From: Gaiellaceae bacterium
GTDB lineage: Bacteria; Actinomycetota; Thermoleophilia; Gaiellales; Gaiellaceae
Assembly (NCBI GenBank): GCA_035651295.1
Contig: DASRGA010000062.1
Location: forward strand, 721-64,720
Direction of reading: 5' to 3'
Length of the DNA: 64,000 nt
The notes under the pieces are model-generated. The model did not search any database. It saw only the letters and a program-made list of their open reading frames with translations, and was not told the origin of the DNA. Below, piece after piece: positions 43,381 through 53,994 of this stretch; positions within the stretch are counted from its first letter, which is position 1; every line of letters starts with the position of its first letter. Position numbers and translations under genes: made by a program.

Positions 43381-44067
43381 GTGGCGGCCGGGCACGGGAT
43401 CGACGAGTACCTCGAGACGATCTACTTCCTCGCGTTCCCGATCGGCGAGTACCGACCGGTCGCCGCCGGGTCGTCCCAGACGATCGCCGCCCGCGTCGCC
43501 GAGATGCTCGGCGTCTCCCGCGCCTCGGCGGGCGAGATGCTGAAGCGGCTCGAGGCCGAGGGGCTCGTCGAGCGCGGCGAGCACAAGGAGGCGATCCTGA
43601 CGCCGGCGGGCGCCGAGCGGGCCCGCAAAGTGGTCCGCAAGCACCGCGTGATCGAGCGGCTGCTCACCGACTTCATGGGCTACACGGCCGCGGAGGCGCA
43701 CGTGCACGCGGACGAGCTCGGCGGCACCTTCAGCGACGAGATGGTCGAGCGGATCGAGGCGAAGCTCGGCAACCCCGACCGCTGCCCGCACGGCTGGCCG
43801 ATCGACCCCGACGTGGAGCAGGCCGAGAACCGCGAGCTCGAGCCGCTCTCGGCGCTCCGGCCGGGCACGGCGGCGACGATCGTGCGGCTCGCCGAGCACG
43901 ACGGCGAGCTCCTGCACTGGTTCTACGAGCAGGGGCTCGTGCCCGGCACCGAGCTCGCGCTCGCCGCGGCCGAGCCGGCCGCCGGCCAGTTCCGCGTCAG
44001 CGTGGCGGGCGCCGAGAAGGCGATCGGCGAGAAGGCCGCCGAGGGCCTGTTCGTGCGTCCGAGCTAG
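43381..44067 (+). CDS. DtxR/IdeR/MntR family metal-dependent transcriptional regulator with a FeoA/SH3-like C-terminal domain
   Basis: YLETIY, w[41 protein letters not shown], and FeoA-like [12 protein letters not shown].. Confidence 0.88.
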   Translation: MAAGHGIDEYLETIYFLAFPIGEYRPVAAGSSQTIAARVAEMLGVSRASAGEMLKRLEAEGLVERGEHKEAILTPAGAERARKVVRKHRVIERLLTDFMGYTAAEAHVHADELGGTFSDEMVERIEAKLGNPDRCPHGWPIDPDVEQAENRELEPLSALRPGTAATIVRLAEHDGELLHWFYEQGLVPGTELALAAAEPAAGQFRVSVAGAEKAIGEKAAEGLFVRPS

Positions 44068-45314
44068 CGCGCGGCGAGCGCGGCGTCGAGACCGGCGGCC
44101 GCGCGGAGCGCCTCCGCCTTGTCGGTGCGCTCCCAGGTGAAGTCGTGCTCGTCGCGGCCGAAGTGGCCGTAGGCGGCCGTCCGGCGGTAGATCGGCCGGC
44201 GCAGGTCGAGGTCGCGCAGGATCGCCGCGGGCCGCAGGTCGAAGTGCTCCTGCACGAGCCCCTCGATCGTCGCCACCGGGACGTGCTCGGTGCCGAACGT
44301 CTCGACGAGGATCGAGAACGGGTGCGCGACGCCGATCGCGTACGCGACCTGCACCTGGCAGCGGTCGGCGAGGTCGGCCGCGACCACGTTCTTCGCGACG
44401 TAGCGCGCGGCGTAGGCGCCGGAGCGGTCGACCTTGGTGGGATCCTTGCCGGAGAAGGCGCCGCCGCCGTGCGGGGCCGCGCCGCCGTAGGTGTCGACGA
44501 TGATCTTCCGGCCGGTGAGCCCGGAGTCGCCCATCGGCCCGCCGATCACGAAGTTGCCCGTCGGGTTGACGTAGAAGAAGTCGGGATCGTCGAGCCGCGC
44601 CTCGTCGTAGAGGCCCTTCGGCAGGATCGGGTGCAGGACGTGCTCGACGAGGTCGGGCTTGATCATCGTCTCCGCGTCGAGCCCCTCGCGGTGCTGCGTC
44701 GAGACGAGGATGCGCTCCACCTCGACGGGGCGCTGGCGGCCCTGCTCGTCGACCTCGTAGCGGACCGACACCTGCGTCTTGCCGTCCGGCCGCAGGTACG
44801 GCAGGACGTCCGCCTTCCGCACCTCCGAGAGCCGCTTCGAGAGCCTGTGCGCGAGCATGATCGGCAGCGGCATCAGCTCCCGGGTCTCGTTCGTCGCGTA
44901 GCCGAACATCATTCCCTGGTCGCCGGCGCCGACGCGGTCGAGCGGGTCGTCGTCGCCGGGGTGGTGCTGCACCTCGTAGGCCGTGTCGACCCCGCGCGCG
45001 ATGTCCGGCGACTGCTCGTCGAGCGCGACGATCACGCCGCAGGTCTCGGCGTCGAAGCCGTACTTGGCGCGCGTGTAGCCGATCCCCTTCACCGTCTCGC
45101 GCACGAGCCGCGGGATGTCGACGTAGGTCTCGGTCGTCATCTCCCCGGCCACGACGACGAGGCCGGTCGTGATCAGCGTCTCGCAGGCGACCCGGCTCGC
45201 CGGGTCGTCGGCGAGCGCCGCGTCGAGCACGGCGTCCGAGATCTGGTCGGCGATCTTGTCGGGATGCCCCTCGGTGACCGACTCGGACGTGAAGAGGAAG
45301 GTGCGTGCTGCCAT
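44064..45314 (-). CDS. metK: S-adenosylmethionine synthase
   Basis: [32 protein letters not shown] and GGGAFSGKD. Confidence 0.96.
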   Translation of the reverse strand: MAARTFLFTSESVTEGHPDKIADQISDAVLDAALADDPASRVACETLITTGLVVVAGEMTTETYVDIPRLVRETVKGIGYTRAKYGFDAETCGVIVALDEQSPDIARGVDTAYEVQHHPGDDDPLDRVGAGDQGMMFGYATNETRELMPLPIMLAHRLSKRLSEVRKADVLPYLRPDGKTQVSVRYEVDEQGRQRPVEVERILVSTQHREGLDAETMIKPDLVEHVLHPILPKGLYDEARLDDPDFFYVNPTGNFVIGGPMGDSGLTGRKIIVDTYGGAAPHGGGAFSGKDPTKVDRSGAYAARYVAKNVVAADLADRCQVQVAYAIGVAHPFSILVETFGTEHVPVATIEGLVQEHFDLRPAAILRDLDLRRPIYRRTAAYGHFGRDEHDFTWERTDKAEALRAAAGLDAALAAR

Positions 45315-45348
45315 CAGGCGGAGGAGGGTAGCGAAGGCCCGGCGGAGA

Positions 45349-46779
45349 TCAGTTGGTCGAGACGTACACGACGAAGTCCTCCACGTCGCCGCTGCGCGCG
45401 CCGTACACGAGCGCCGAGGCCAGCGGCGCGAGGTTGCTCTGCAGCTGCGGCGGGATCGTCTGGCTCGCCAGCGTCGCGAAGCCTTCGACGAGCGGCAGCG
45501 CGTCCTTGGCGTCGACGTAGAGGAAGCCCTGGTTCGAGTCCGGCATCCCCGAGCCCTTGACGGCGTCCTTGAAGAGCGAGTCGTCGGCGAGCTTGCCGGA
45601 GGCCGCGCCGCTCTTGATCGCGGAGATCGAGGTGGTGTCGTCGGTGACGGCGATCTGGTCGCCGACGCGCCCCCAGTAGAGCGCGACCGGGCCGAGGCTC
45701 AGCGTCTGCAGCTGGACGCCGTCGACGGTCGTCGTCTGCGGCGCGGCGCCGTTCGTCTGGCTCGCGAGCGCCTTCGCGAGCAGCGACGTGATCGCCTGCT
45801 CGGCGCCCGCCGGGTCCGGCGGCTTCGCGGCGAGCGTGACCGCCGGGATCGGCGCGCCCGGCTTGACGTACGCGATCACCGGCCCCCGGAGGAGGCCGAG
45901 CAGCCCCTGGACGTCGACGCCGGCCGACTGCGTCAGCGTGCCGAGCTGCGCCTGCGCGGCCGCCGGAAGTGTGAAGGAGCCGCCGGTCAGGCTGAGCGCG
46001 GCGATCGCGCCGGACGGGATCTCGTCCGCGAGCCCCGTGCCGCCCGACGAGGATCCGCCCGCCGAGGTCTTCACGTGCGCTTCGAGCTTGAACGAGGTTC
46101 CGTCCTTCGAGGTGAGCGCGCCCGTGAACCAGCGGGCGGCGCCGGCGAACGGCTGGATCGTGCTCGCGGGCGAGGAGCCGCCGAGGCTCTTCAGCGACGA
46201 GGCCGGGGCGTAGGCGCGCGCGATCGCGTCGCCCGTCCCGGGCAGGCTGGCGAGCGCCTCCTTGTAGGTCGCGTCGTCCGCGAGGGCTGCCGTCTTCGAC
46301 GTCACGGCGTCGAGGAGCGCCTGCGTCTTCGCGAACACCGTCCAGCCGGAGACCGTCGTGTGCACGAGCTTGCCGAGCTGCGCGTCGAACGCCTGCTCGT
46401 CGCTCGGCCTGGCGAACCCGACCGCGCCCGCGCCCGCACCGGTCTTCAGGAGGGCGACGTCGAGCACCGGGCCGACGGAGCTCGAGAGCTTGCGCAGGTC
46501 GACGCCCTGCTTCGCGGCCGCCGACATGACACGGGCGAGCGCCGTGCTCTCGATCGGGAACTTGCCGAGCACCTGCTGGGCGCTCTTCAGCTCGTCCGAG
46601 CCGAGGTCCGTGTCGATCGTCGCGTAGGCGAGCGCGTCGGCGGGGACGAGCGACGCGGCGTCCGCCGACGAGCCGCCGCCTCCGCCGGAGCCGCCGCCGC
46701 TTCCGGCGCAGCCGGCCGCAGCGAAGAGCACGAGCGCGAGCAGCGGCAGGAGAAGGACCCGCTTCGCCATCGGCCTCAT
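45349..46779 (-). CDS. secreted lipoprotein, possibly DUF3352-like, function unknown
   Basis: Signal peptide plus lipobox LFAAAG|C followed by a Gly/Ser linker. Ala/Thr/Ser-rich body. Confidence 0.6.
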   Translation of the reverse strand: MRPMAKRVLLLPLLALVLFAAAGCAGSGGGSGGGGGSSADAASLVPADALAYATIDTDLGSDELKSAQQVLGKFPIESTALARVMSAAAKQGVDLRKLSSSVGPVLDVALLKTGAGAGAVGFARPSDEQAFDAQLGKLVHTTVSGWTVFAKTQALLDAVTSKTAALADDATYKEALASLPGTGDAIARAYAPASSLKSLGGSSPASTIQPFAGAARWFTGALTSKDGTSFKLEAHVKTSAGGSSSGGTGLADEIPSGAIAALSLTGGSFTLPAAAQAQLGTLTQSAGVDVQGLLGLLRGPVIAYVKPGAPIPAVTLAAKPPDPAGAEQAITSLLAKALASQTNGAAPQTTTVDGVQLQTLSLGPVALYWGRVGDQIAVTDDTTSISAIKSGAASGKLADDSLFKDAVKGSGMPDSNQGFLYVDAKDALPLVEGFATLASQTIPPQLQSNLAPLASALVYGARSGDVEDFVVYVSTN

Positions 46780-46780
46780 G

Positions 46781-47653
46781 CTACTCCTCGGTCGGACGGC
46801 GCCCCATCAGGCGCTCCGCCAGCTCGTGCAGCGGCATGCCCTCGAGGACCGCGCAGACGCCCTCCGTGATCGGCAGCTCGACCCCGATCCGGCGTCCGAG
46901 GTCGCGGAGCACCGGCGCCGTCGTCAGCCCTTCGACGACCTGCCCGATCTCGGCCCGCGCCTCGTCGGGGCTCGCCCCGCGCGCGATCAGCTCGCCGGCC
47001 CGGCGGTTGCGACCCGAGGGGTGGAAGCAGGTGACCATCAGGTCGCCCATGCCGGCGAGGCCGGAGAACGTCTCGGCGGCCGCGCCGCACGCCTCGCCGA
47101 GGCGCGCCATCTCGACGAGCCCGCGCGTGATCAGCGCGGCCTTGGCGTTGTCGCCGAGGCCGAGGCCGTCCACCCCGCCCGCCGCGAGCGCGATCACGTT
47201 CTTCGCCGCCCCGCAGAGCTCCACACCGGTCACGTCGTCGTTCACGTAGATCCGGAAGGCGAGGGAGTTGAGCGCCTCCTGCAGGCGGAGCGCGAGCGCC
47301 GCGTCCTGCGACGCGACGACGGCCACGCCGGGCAGCCCCGCCGCGACCTCGTCGGCCATGTTCGGGCCCGAGAGCACTGCAACCGGCCGCCCCTCGACGA
47401 GGGTCGAGAGCCGGGCGCCGGTCGCCGGGTCGAGCCCCTTCGTCAGCACGAGCACCGGCGCGTCGCCGCGCACGTGCCCGAGCGCCTCGCGAAACGCCGC
47501 GCTCGGCACCGCCAGCACGACGAGGTCGGCCTCCGCGTACGGCGCGGCGTCGATCGACTCCCGCCGAGCGACGAGCACGTCGTGCCCGCGGTCGCGCAGC
47601 ACGCCGCCGAACGCGGTGCCCCAGGCGCCGCCGCCGACGACGACGGCTCTCAC
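46781..47653 (-). CDS. gpsA: NAD(P)H-dependent glycerol-3-phosphate dehydrogenase
   Basis: GTG at 47653 overlaps the der stop. VVVGGGAWGTA, GAAKNVIALAAG and MVTCF. Confidence 0.92.
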   Translation of the reverse strand: MRAVVVGGGAWGTAFGGVLRDRGHDVLVARRESIDAAPYAEADLVVLAVPSAAFREALGHVRGDAPVLVLTKGLDPATGARLSTLVEGRPVAVLSGPNMADEVAAGLPGVAVVASQDAALALRLQEALNSLAFRIYVNDDVTGVELCGAAKNVIALAAGGVDGLGLGDNAKAALITRGLVEMARLGEACGAAAETFSGLAGMGDLMVTCFHPSGRNRRAGELIARGASPDEARAEIGQVVEGLTTAPVLRDLGRRIGVELPITEGVCAVLEGMPLHELAERLMGRRPTEE

Positions 47654-48957
47654 GACCGCTTGCGGAAGTCGACGACGACCGGGACCCCTTCGAGGCCGAA
47701 GCGCTCGCGCAGCTGGTTTTCGACCCAGTAGCCGTAGTCGCGGGTGAGCAGCCCCGGGTCGTTCACGGTCAGCCGGAAGCGCGGCGGCCGCGTCTCGACC
47801 TGCGCGCCGTAGAGCACGTTGAGGCGGCGGGCGCCCTTCGCGGGAGGCTGCCGCAGCTCCTTCAGCTCGCCGAGGAAGCGATTGAGATCGGCAGTTGATA
47901 TCCGACTGATATATCGGTCGTACAGCTCGGCCGTCTTGTCGAGCAGGCGCGAGACGCCCCGGCCTGTGACCGACGAGACGGTGATGAAGTCCGGCCGCTG
48001 GCGCAGGCGGCGCTGCAGCTCCGGACGGATCTCCTCGATCGTCACCTGCGTGATGTCCCACTTGGCGAGCACGACGAGCGTCGCCGAGTGCGACTTCCGG
48101 GCGACCTCGACGGCGGTGATGTCCCCCTCGACGATCCCCTGGCTCGAGTCGATCAGGACGAGCGCGACGTCGGCGCGTTCGGCAGCCTCGAGCGCGCGGA
48201 GCTCCGAGTAGTACTCGATCCCCTGCCGCTGCCGGCGCTTGCGGCGCAGGCCCGCCGTGTCGACCAGCTGGAAGGTGCGGCCGCCGTGCTCGAGGAGCGT
48301 GTCGATCGTGTCGCGCGTCGTCCCCGGCACCTCCGAGACGATCGTCCGCTCCTCGCCGACGAGCCGGTTGTAGAGCGACGACTTGCCGACGTTCGGCCGG
48401 CCGAGGATCGCGACCCGGATCGCGTCCTCGGCGACGGGCCGGTCGGAGCGCCCTGGAAGCCGCTCGAGGATCTCGTCGAGCAGGTCGCCGGTGTTCGAGC
48501 CGTGCAGGCCGGACACCGGGAACGGGTCGCCGAAACCGAGCCGGTGGAACTCGAGCGACAGCGGCTCCTGCGACGGGTCGTCGATCTTGTTGGCGACGAC
48601 GAGGACGTCCTTCTTCGCCTCGCGGAGGATCTGGGCCAGCTCCTCGTCGCCGGGCGTGACGCCGGCCCGGGCGTCGACGACGAGCAGCACGAGGTCGGCG
48701 TCCGCGATCGCGGTCCGGGCCTGGCTTGCGATCTGCCGCGTGATCGGATTCGGGTCGGCGATGTCGACGCCGCCGGTGTCGATCAGCAGGAACCGCCGGC
48801 CGTTCCACTCGCAGACGAGCTGCTTTCGGTCCCGGGTCGTGCCGGCGGCGTCGTGCACGACGGCGGCCCGGCTCGCCGTGAGGCGGTTCACGAGCGTCGA
48901 CTTGCCGACGTTCGGGAACCCGACGATCGCAACCGTGCCTTCGAGCCGGGCGCTCAT
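47650..48957 (-). CDS. der: ribosome biogenesis GTPase Der (EngA)
   Basis: Tandem GTPase domains GFPNVGKST/DTGG/NKID and GRPNVGKSS/DTAG, plus a KH-like C-terminus. The ATG at 48957 overlaps the plsC stop. Confidence 0.95.
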   Translation of the reverse strand: MSARLEGTVAIVGFPNVGKSTLVNRLTASRAAVVHDAAGTTRDRKQLVCEWNGRRFLLIDTGGVDIADPNPITRQIASQARTAIADADLVLLVVDARAGVTPGDEELAQILREAKKDVLVVANKIDDPSQEPLSLEFHRLGFGDPFPVSGLHGSNTGDLLDEILERLPGRSDRPVAEDAIRVAILGRPNVGKSSLYNRLVGEERTIVSEVPGTTRDTIDTLLEHGGRTFQLVDTAGLRRKRRQRQGIEYYSELRALEAAERADVALVLIDSSQGIVEGDITAVEVARKSHSATLVVLAKWDITQVTIEEIRPELQRRLRQRPDFITVSSVTGRGVSRLLDKTAELYDRYISRISTADLNRFLGELKELRQPPAKGARRLNVLYGAQVETRPPRFRLTVNDPGLLTRDYGYWVENQLRERFGLEGVPVVVDFRKRS

Positions 48958-49601
48958 ACCGGCGGGGTGAGGCCGGCGGGGCGGCCGTCGGCGTGCACCT
49001 GCGCGAGCCAGTCGAAGAGCACGTTGAGGCGCCGCTCGATCTCGGCGGTCGCCTGCCTGTAGCCGCGGCTCGCCCGCTGCAGGCCGTCGAACGACAGCGG
49101 CTCGCCGAACGCGACCGAGCACGGCGCGAAGTTCCCGAGCCGCCAGCGCTGCGTGCCGTAGATCGCCACCGGGACGACGGGCACCGACTCCTGCAGCGCG
49201 ACCATCGCCGCGCCCGGCTGCGCGGCGCCCGGCCGCTCCTCCTGGCGCGTCCCCTCGACGAAGAGCCCGACGACGTGCCCGTCGCGGGCGGCGGCGCGCA
49301 TGCGGCGCACCGCGTCGCGGTCGGACTCGCCGCGCCGGATCGAGATCGCGCCGTGCAGCCGCAGGAAGCCGCCGAGCACCGGGTAGTCGGCCGCCTCCGC
49401 CTTCGCCACGAACCAGACCGTGCGCGGCGAGACGAGGCCGACGAGCGGGATGTCGATCCAGTGCAGATGGTTGATCGCGTAGACGACGCCGCCCGCCGGC
49501 GGGATGCGCTCCGCCCCGTAGCTGCGGGCGCGCGTGAAGAAGCGCGTCGGCAGGCCCATGTAGACGCGGCCGACGGCCCACGCGGCGTCGGCGCGCGTCA
49601 C
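48954..49601 (-). CDS. plsC: 1-acyl-sn-glycerol-3-phosphate acyltransferase
   Basis: NHLHWIDI (HX4D) and FVEGTR motifs. Confidence 0.85.
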   Translation of the reverse strand: MTRADAAWAVGRVYMGLPTRFFTRARSYGAERIPPAGGVVYAINHLHWIDIPLVGLVSPRTVWFVAKAEAADYPVLGGFLRLHGAISIRRGESDRDAVRRMRAAARDGHVVGLFVEGTRQEERPGAAQPGAAMVALQESVPVVPVAIYGTQRWRLGNFAPCSVAFGEPLSFDGLQRASRGYRQATAEIERRLNVLFDWLAQVHADGRPAGLTPPV

Positions 49602-50236
49602 GAGCCGGGCACGGACTGCGCCTGCACGAGGCCGGCGATGCGCTCGACGACGTCGTCGACCTGCAGGTCCGTGGTGTCGATCAGCACCGCGTCGGGTGCG
49701 GGCTGCATGCGCTCGCGGTCGGACGCGTCGCGCGTGCGCAGGTCGGTGGCGAGCGCGTCGGCGCCGATGTCGGGGCGCTCGGCCTGACGGCGGGCAGCGC
49801 GGATCTCGGCGTCGGCGTGCAGGTAGACCTTCACCTCCGCGTCGGGCGCGACGACCGTCCCGATGTCGCGGCCCTCGATCACGACGTCGCCCTGGTGGCC
49901 GAGCTCACGCTGGCGGGCGCGCATCACCTCGCGGACGTCGTGGTGGCGGGCGACGACGGGCACCATCCGGTCGATCCGCGACTGCCGGATCGCAGAGGTG
50001 ACGTCGGCGTCGTCGATGAAGACGCGGCCCTCCTCGTCGAAGACGACGGGGTTGCGGCGGGCGAGGTCGCCGAGCTGCGCGCCCTCGCCGAGGGGCAGCG
50101 ACTCGCGCATCGCGAGCCAGGTGAGGGCGCGGTACATCGCGCCGGTGTCGAGGTAGCGGAAGCCGAGCCGCTCCGCGAGCTTGCGGGCGACCGTGCTCTT
50201 CCCGGCTCCCGCCGGGCCGTCGATGGCCACGATCAT
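49598..50236 (-). CDS. cmk: cytidylate kinase
   Basis: IAIDGPAGAGKST and YLDTGAMYR. Confidence 0.93.
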   Translation of the reverse strand: MIVAIDGPAGAGKSTVARKLAERLGFRYLDTGAMYRALTWLAMRESLPLGEGAQLGDLARRNPVVFDEEGRVFIDDADVTSAIRQSRIDRMVPVVARHHDVREVMRARQRELGHQGDVVIEGRDIGTVVAPDAEVKVYLHADAEIRAARRQAERPDIGADALATDLRTRDASDRERMQPAPDAVLIDTTDLQVDDVVERIAGLVQAQSVPGS

Positions 50237-51507
50237 CTCTGCGCGATCTCTCCCAGCAGGTCGAAGAAACCGGGGAAGGATACTGCGACGCTCGCGGCGT
50301 CCTCGATCTCGACCCCCTCCCTGCTCGCGAGGCCGGCGACCGCGCCGAGCATCGCGATGCGGTGGTCGCCGCGGGAGTCGACGCGCCCGCCGCGCGGCCG
50401 GGCGGGGACGCCGGTGACGGAGAACCCGTCAGGGAGGCCGTGCGCCCGAACGCCGATCGCGCGCAGCCCGTCCACCACGGCGTCGATGCGGTCGGTCTCC
50501 TTCACCCGCAGCTCGGCGGCGCCGGTGACGCGGCTCTCGCCCCGCGCATGCGCGGCGAGCAGCGCGAACAGGGGCAGCTCGTCGACGAGCAGCGGCACCT
50601 CGTCGGCGCCGATCTCGGTGGCCGTCAGCTCGGCCGAGCGGACTTCCAGATCGCCCGCCTGCTCGGCCCCGGCGCGCCGCCGGGCGACGACGCCGACGCG
50701 GCCGCCCATGCGGTCGAGGACGTCGAGCAGGCCGGTGCGACGGGGATTCAGGTTCACGTCGTGGATCGTGATGCGCGACTCCGGGACGATCGTCGCGGCG
50801 ACGATGAACGGCGCCGCCGACGAGAAGTCGCCGGGCACGTCGACCGCGGGCAGCCGCAGCCGCTCGGGCGGGTCGACCGAGACGGACGTCGGACGGACGA
50901 TCACCCGCACGCCCGCGTCGCGCAGCAGGAGCTCGGTGTGGTCGCGCGTCGGGCGCTGCTCGATCACCGTCGTGCGGCCGCGCGCGCCGAGCCCGGCGAG
51001 CAGCACCGCCGACTTCAGCTGGGCGCTCGCCACCTCGGGCGCGTACTCGATCGCCGTCAGCTCCGCGCCCGTGATCGTCAGCGGCAGCCGTCCGTCGGTC
51101 GTCTCGATCTTCGCGCCCATCCGGCGGAGCGGCCCGGCGACGCGCTCCATCGGCCGCGCCGAGAGCGACTCGTCGCCGCTGAGCGTGAACGTCCCGTCCT
51201 GGAAGGCGAGCAGGCCGGTGACGAGGCGTGCGAGCGTGCCCGCGTTGCCGCAGTCGATCTCGCCGCCCCGCAGGCCGCGCAGACCGACGCCGTGCACCGT
51301 GAGCCGGTCGCCGCCGTCGTCGTCGACCCGCGCGCCGAGCGCGCGAACGGCGGCGAGCGTCGACTCGGTGTCGGCGGAGCGGCCGAAGCCGCGCACGTCG
51401 GTCTCGCCGTCGGACACGGCGCCGAGGAGCAGCGCGCGGTGGGAGATCGACTTGTCGCCGGGCACCGCCAGGTGGCCGTCGAGCGCGGCGGCCGGCTCAA
51501 CCTTCAT
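50233..51507 (-). CDS. aroA: 3-phosphoshikimate 1-carboxyvinyltransferase (EPSP synthase)
   Basis: PGDKSISHRALLL, NAGT and RVKETDR. Confidence 0.93.
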   Translation of the reverse strand: MKVEPAAALDGHLAVPGDKSISHRALLLGAVSDGETDVRGFGRSADTESTLAAVRALGARVDDDGGDRLTVHGVGLRGLRGGEIDCGNAGTLARLVTGLLAFQDGTFTLSGDESLSARPMERVAGPLRRMGAKIETTDGRLPLTITGAELTAIEYAPEVASAQLKSAVLLAGLGARGRTTVIEQRPTRDHTELLLRDAGVRVIVRPTSVSVDPPERLRLPAVDVPGDFSSAAPFIVAATIVPESRITIHDVNLNPRRTGLLDVLDRMGGRVGVVARRRAGAEQAGDLEVRSAELTATEIGADEVPLLVDELPLFALLAAHARGESRVTGAAELRVKETDRIDAVVDGLRAIGVRAHGLPDGFSVTGVPARPRGGRVDSRGDHRIAMLGAVAGLASREGVEIEDAASVAVSFPGFFDLLGEIAQR

Positions 51508-52582
51508 CGAGCACCGCCGAGACGACGACGCTGTAGCCCTGCGACTCGAGCAGCCGGGCCGCGCGCTGCGCCTCGCCCGCGCCCTCGACGAGCACGGTGA
51601 GCGTCCCGCCGCGCTCGGGCGAGACGTGGTGGAGCTCGAAGTCCTCGATGTTGATGCGCTCGGCGCCGAGCGCCTGGGTGATTCCCGCGAGCACGCCGGG
51701 ACGGTCGGGGACGTGCACCCGCAGCTGCTGCAGCGAGCCGGGATCCGGGTACTCGCGGTCGAGCATGCGGCGGCGGTTCGCGGCCGCCTCGCCGATGAAG
51801 CGCGCGAGGTAGCCGGCGTCGCCCTGCTCGAGCGCCGCCTCGACCTGCTCGATCTGGCGGCGGTGCTCGCGGAGCGCGTCGCGGATCGCAGCCGCGTTGT
51901 CCAGGAAGATGTCCACCCAGATGCGCGGGTTGGCGCCCGCGATCCGCGTCATGTCGCGCAGCGAGCCGCCGGCGTGCGCGAGCGGCTCGTGGCCGTCGAC
52001 GCGCGCGGCGCCGGTGGAGTTCGCGACGACGTTCGCGAGCACGTGCGGCACGTGGCTCGTCAACGCCACGAGCCGGTCGTGCGCGCCGGGGTCGATCGCA
52101 ACCGGCGTCGCGCCGAGATCGGAGACGAAGTTGTGCACCAGGCGGTGCCGGGCCGCGTCGGTGTGCGTCACCGGCGTCAGGAACCAGGTGGCGCCCTCGA
52201 AGAGGGCGGCGCTCGCATGCTCGGGGCCGCGGCTCTCGCCGCCGGCGATCGGGTGGCCGCCGACGAAGCGCGGCGACCCGTTCGCGGCGCGGACGACGGA
52301 CGCCTTCGTCGAGCCGACGTCGGTGACGGTGGCCTCGGTGGTCGCGGCGAGGATGGCGGCGACTTGCGCGGACAGCTGCTCGATCGGCGCGGCGACCACG
52401 ACGAGCTCGGCGCCGCCGACCGCCTCCTCCGCGCTCGACGCCGGCTCGAGGGCGCCGCGGCCGGCCGCGGTCGCGAGCGCCGCCGGGTCGGGATCCCACC
52501 CGCGCACCTCGTCGCCGCGCCGCCGGGCGGCGAGCGCCACCGACGCGCCCATCAGCCCCGTCCCGATCACCGCGACCCTCAT
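51497..52582 (-). CDS. tyrA: prephenate dehydrogenase with a C-terminal ACT domain
   Basis: ATG at 52582. VAVIGTGLMGAS, GGHPIAG and SHVPHV, with an ACT-like tail. Confidence 0.88.
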   Translation of the reverse strand: MRVAVIGTGLMGASVALAARRRGDEVRGWDPDPAALATAAGRGALEPASSAEEAVGGAELVVVAAPIEQLSAQVAAILAATTEATVTDVGSTKASVVRAANGSPRFVGGHPIAGGESRGPEHASAALFEGATWFLTPVTHTDAARHRLVHNFVSDLGATPVAIDPGAHDRLVALTSHVPHVLANVVANSTGAARVDGHEPLAHAGGSLRDMTRIAGANPRIWVDIFLDNAAAIRDALREHRRQIEQVEAALEQGDAGYLARFIGEAAANRRRMLDREYPDPGSLQQLRVHVPDRPGVLAGITQALGAERINIEDFELHHVSPERGGTLTVLVEGAGEAQRAARLLESQGYSVVVSAVLDEG

Positions 52583-52590
52583 CGCGGCGG

Positions 52591-53952
52591 CTAGCGCGAA
52601 CCGTCGCGCATCAGCTCGGCGAGCCGGAAGGCGAGGTCGAGCGACTGCCGCGCGTTCAGGCGCGGGTCGAGCAGCGTCTCGTAGCGCGTCGGCAGGTGCT
52701 CCTCGAGCACGTCGTCGGCGCCGCCGAGGCACTCCGTGACGTCCTCGCCGGTGAACTCCAGGTGGACGCCGCCGGGCCACACGCCGGCCTCCCGGCAGGC
52801 CGTGAAGAAGCCCTCGAGCTCCGCCATGATCACGTCGAACTTGCGCGTCTTGCGGCCGTCGGCGGTCCGGATCGTGTTCGCGTGCATCGGGTCCGACGCC
52901 CACAGCACCGGATGGCCCTCGTCTCGCACCGCGCGGAGGAGCGGCGGCAGCAGCTCGCGGACGCGCTCCGCGCCCATGCGCGCGTAGAACGTGAGCCGGC
53001 CGGGGACGCGGCCCGGGTTCAGCCGCTCGCACAGCTCGACGACGTCGTCCGGCGCCGCCGCCGGCCCGAGCTTCACGCCGATCGGGTTGTGCACGCCGGC
53101 GAAGAACTCGACGTGCGCGTCGTCGGCGCCGCGCGTGCGCTCGCCGATCCAGAGCAGGTGCGCCGAGCAGTCGTACCAGTCGCCCGTCAGCGAGTCCTTG
53201 CGGGTCAGGCCCTCCTCGTAGTCGAGCAGCAGCCCCTCGTGGCTGGTGTAGACGTCGACCTCGTGCAGGCGGCGCTCGGCGGTCAGGTCGATGCCGCAGG
53301 CGGCCATGAAGCGGAGGGCGCGCTCGATCTCGTCGGCGAGCTGCTCGTAGCGCTCGCCCTCCGGCGACGAGGCGACGAAGTCCTTGTTCCACAAGTGGAC
53401 CTGGGTCAGGTCGGCGTAGCCGCCCTTCGTGAAGGCCCGGAGCAGGTTGAGCGTGGCCGCCGCCTGGTTGTAGCCCTCGAGCATCCGGCGCGGATCGGGG
53501 ACGCGCGCCTCGGCGGTCGGCTCGTCGCCGTTCACCATGTGGCCGCGGAAGCTCGGGATCTCCTTCCCGCCGACCCGCTCGGTCGACTCCGACCGCGGCT
53601 TCGTGAACTGCCCGGCGATCCGCCCGACCTTCACGACCGGCAGCGTCGCGCCGTACGTGAGCACGGCGGACATCTGCAGCATGATCTTCAGCTTTTCGCG
53701 GATCCGCATCGTCGAGAGCTCGTTGAACGACTCGACGCAGTCGCCCGCCTGGAGCAGGAACGCCCGGCCGTCGATCGCCGCGGCGAGCGCGTCGCGCAGC
53801 GCCCGCGCCTCGCCGGCGAAGACGAGCGGCGGGCTCGCCTTCAGCCGCTCGAGCGTCGCCGACGCCGCCGCGGCGTCCGGCCAGTCCGGCTGCTGGAGGG
53901 CGCGCCGCTCGCGCCAGGAGGACGGCGTCCAGGTTGGAGGCGTGACGACCAC
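52591..53952 (-). CDS. aroG: class II 3-deoxy-7-phosphoheptulonate (DAHP) synthase
   Basis: GTG at 53952. LLQAGDCVESF, GRIAGQFTKPRS, LLWIGERTR and DPMHANT. Confidence 0.9.
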   Translation of the reverse strand: MVVTPPTWTPSSWRERRALQQPDWPDAAAASATLERLKASPPLVFAGEARALRDALAAAIDGRAFLLQAGDCVESFNELSTMRIREKLKIMLQMSAVLTYGATLPVVKVGRIAGQFTKPRSESTERVGGKEIPSFRGHMVNGDEPTAEARVPDPRRMLEGYNQAAATLNLLRAFTKGGYADLTQVHLWNKDFVASSPEGERYEQLADEIERALRFMAACGIDLTAERRLHEVDVYTSHEGLLLDYEEGLTRKDSLTGDWYDCSAHLLWIGERTRGADDAHVEFFAGVHNPIGVKLGPAAAPDDVVELCERLNPGRVPGRLTFYARMGAERVRELLPPLLRAVRDEGHPVLWASDPMHANTIRTADGRKTRKFDVIMAELEGFFTACREAGVWPGGVHLEFTGEDVTECLGGADDVLEEHLPTRYETLLDPRLNARQSLDLAFRLAELMRDGSR

Positions 53953-53994
53953 GCCGCCAGTGTAGAGGGGCCTTTGCTCTAACCTGCGCACCCC

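Noticed and set aside
45315-45348. A SAM riboswitch upstream of metK, and a T-box upstream of trpS (53953-53994).
   Set aside because: The leaders are only 34 and 42 nt long, far too short for either structure.
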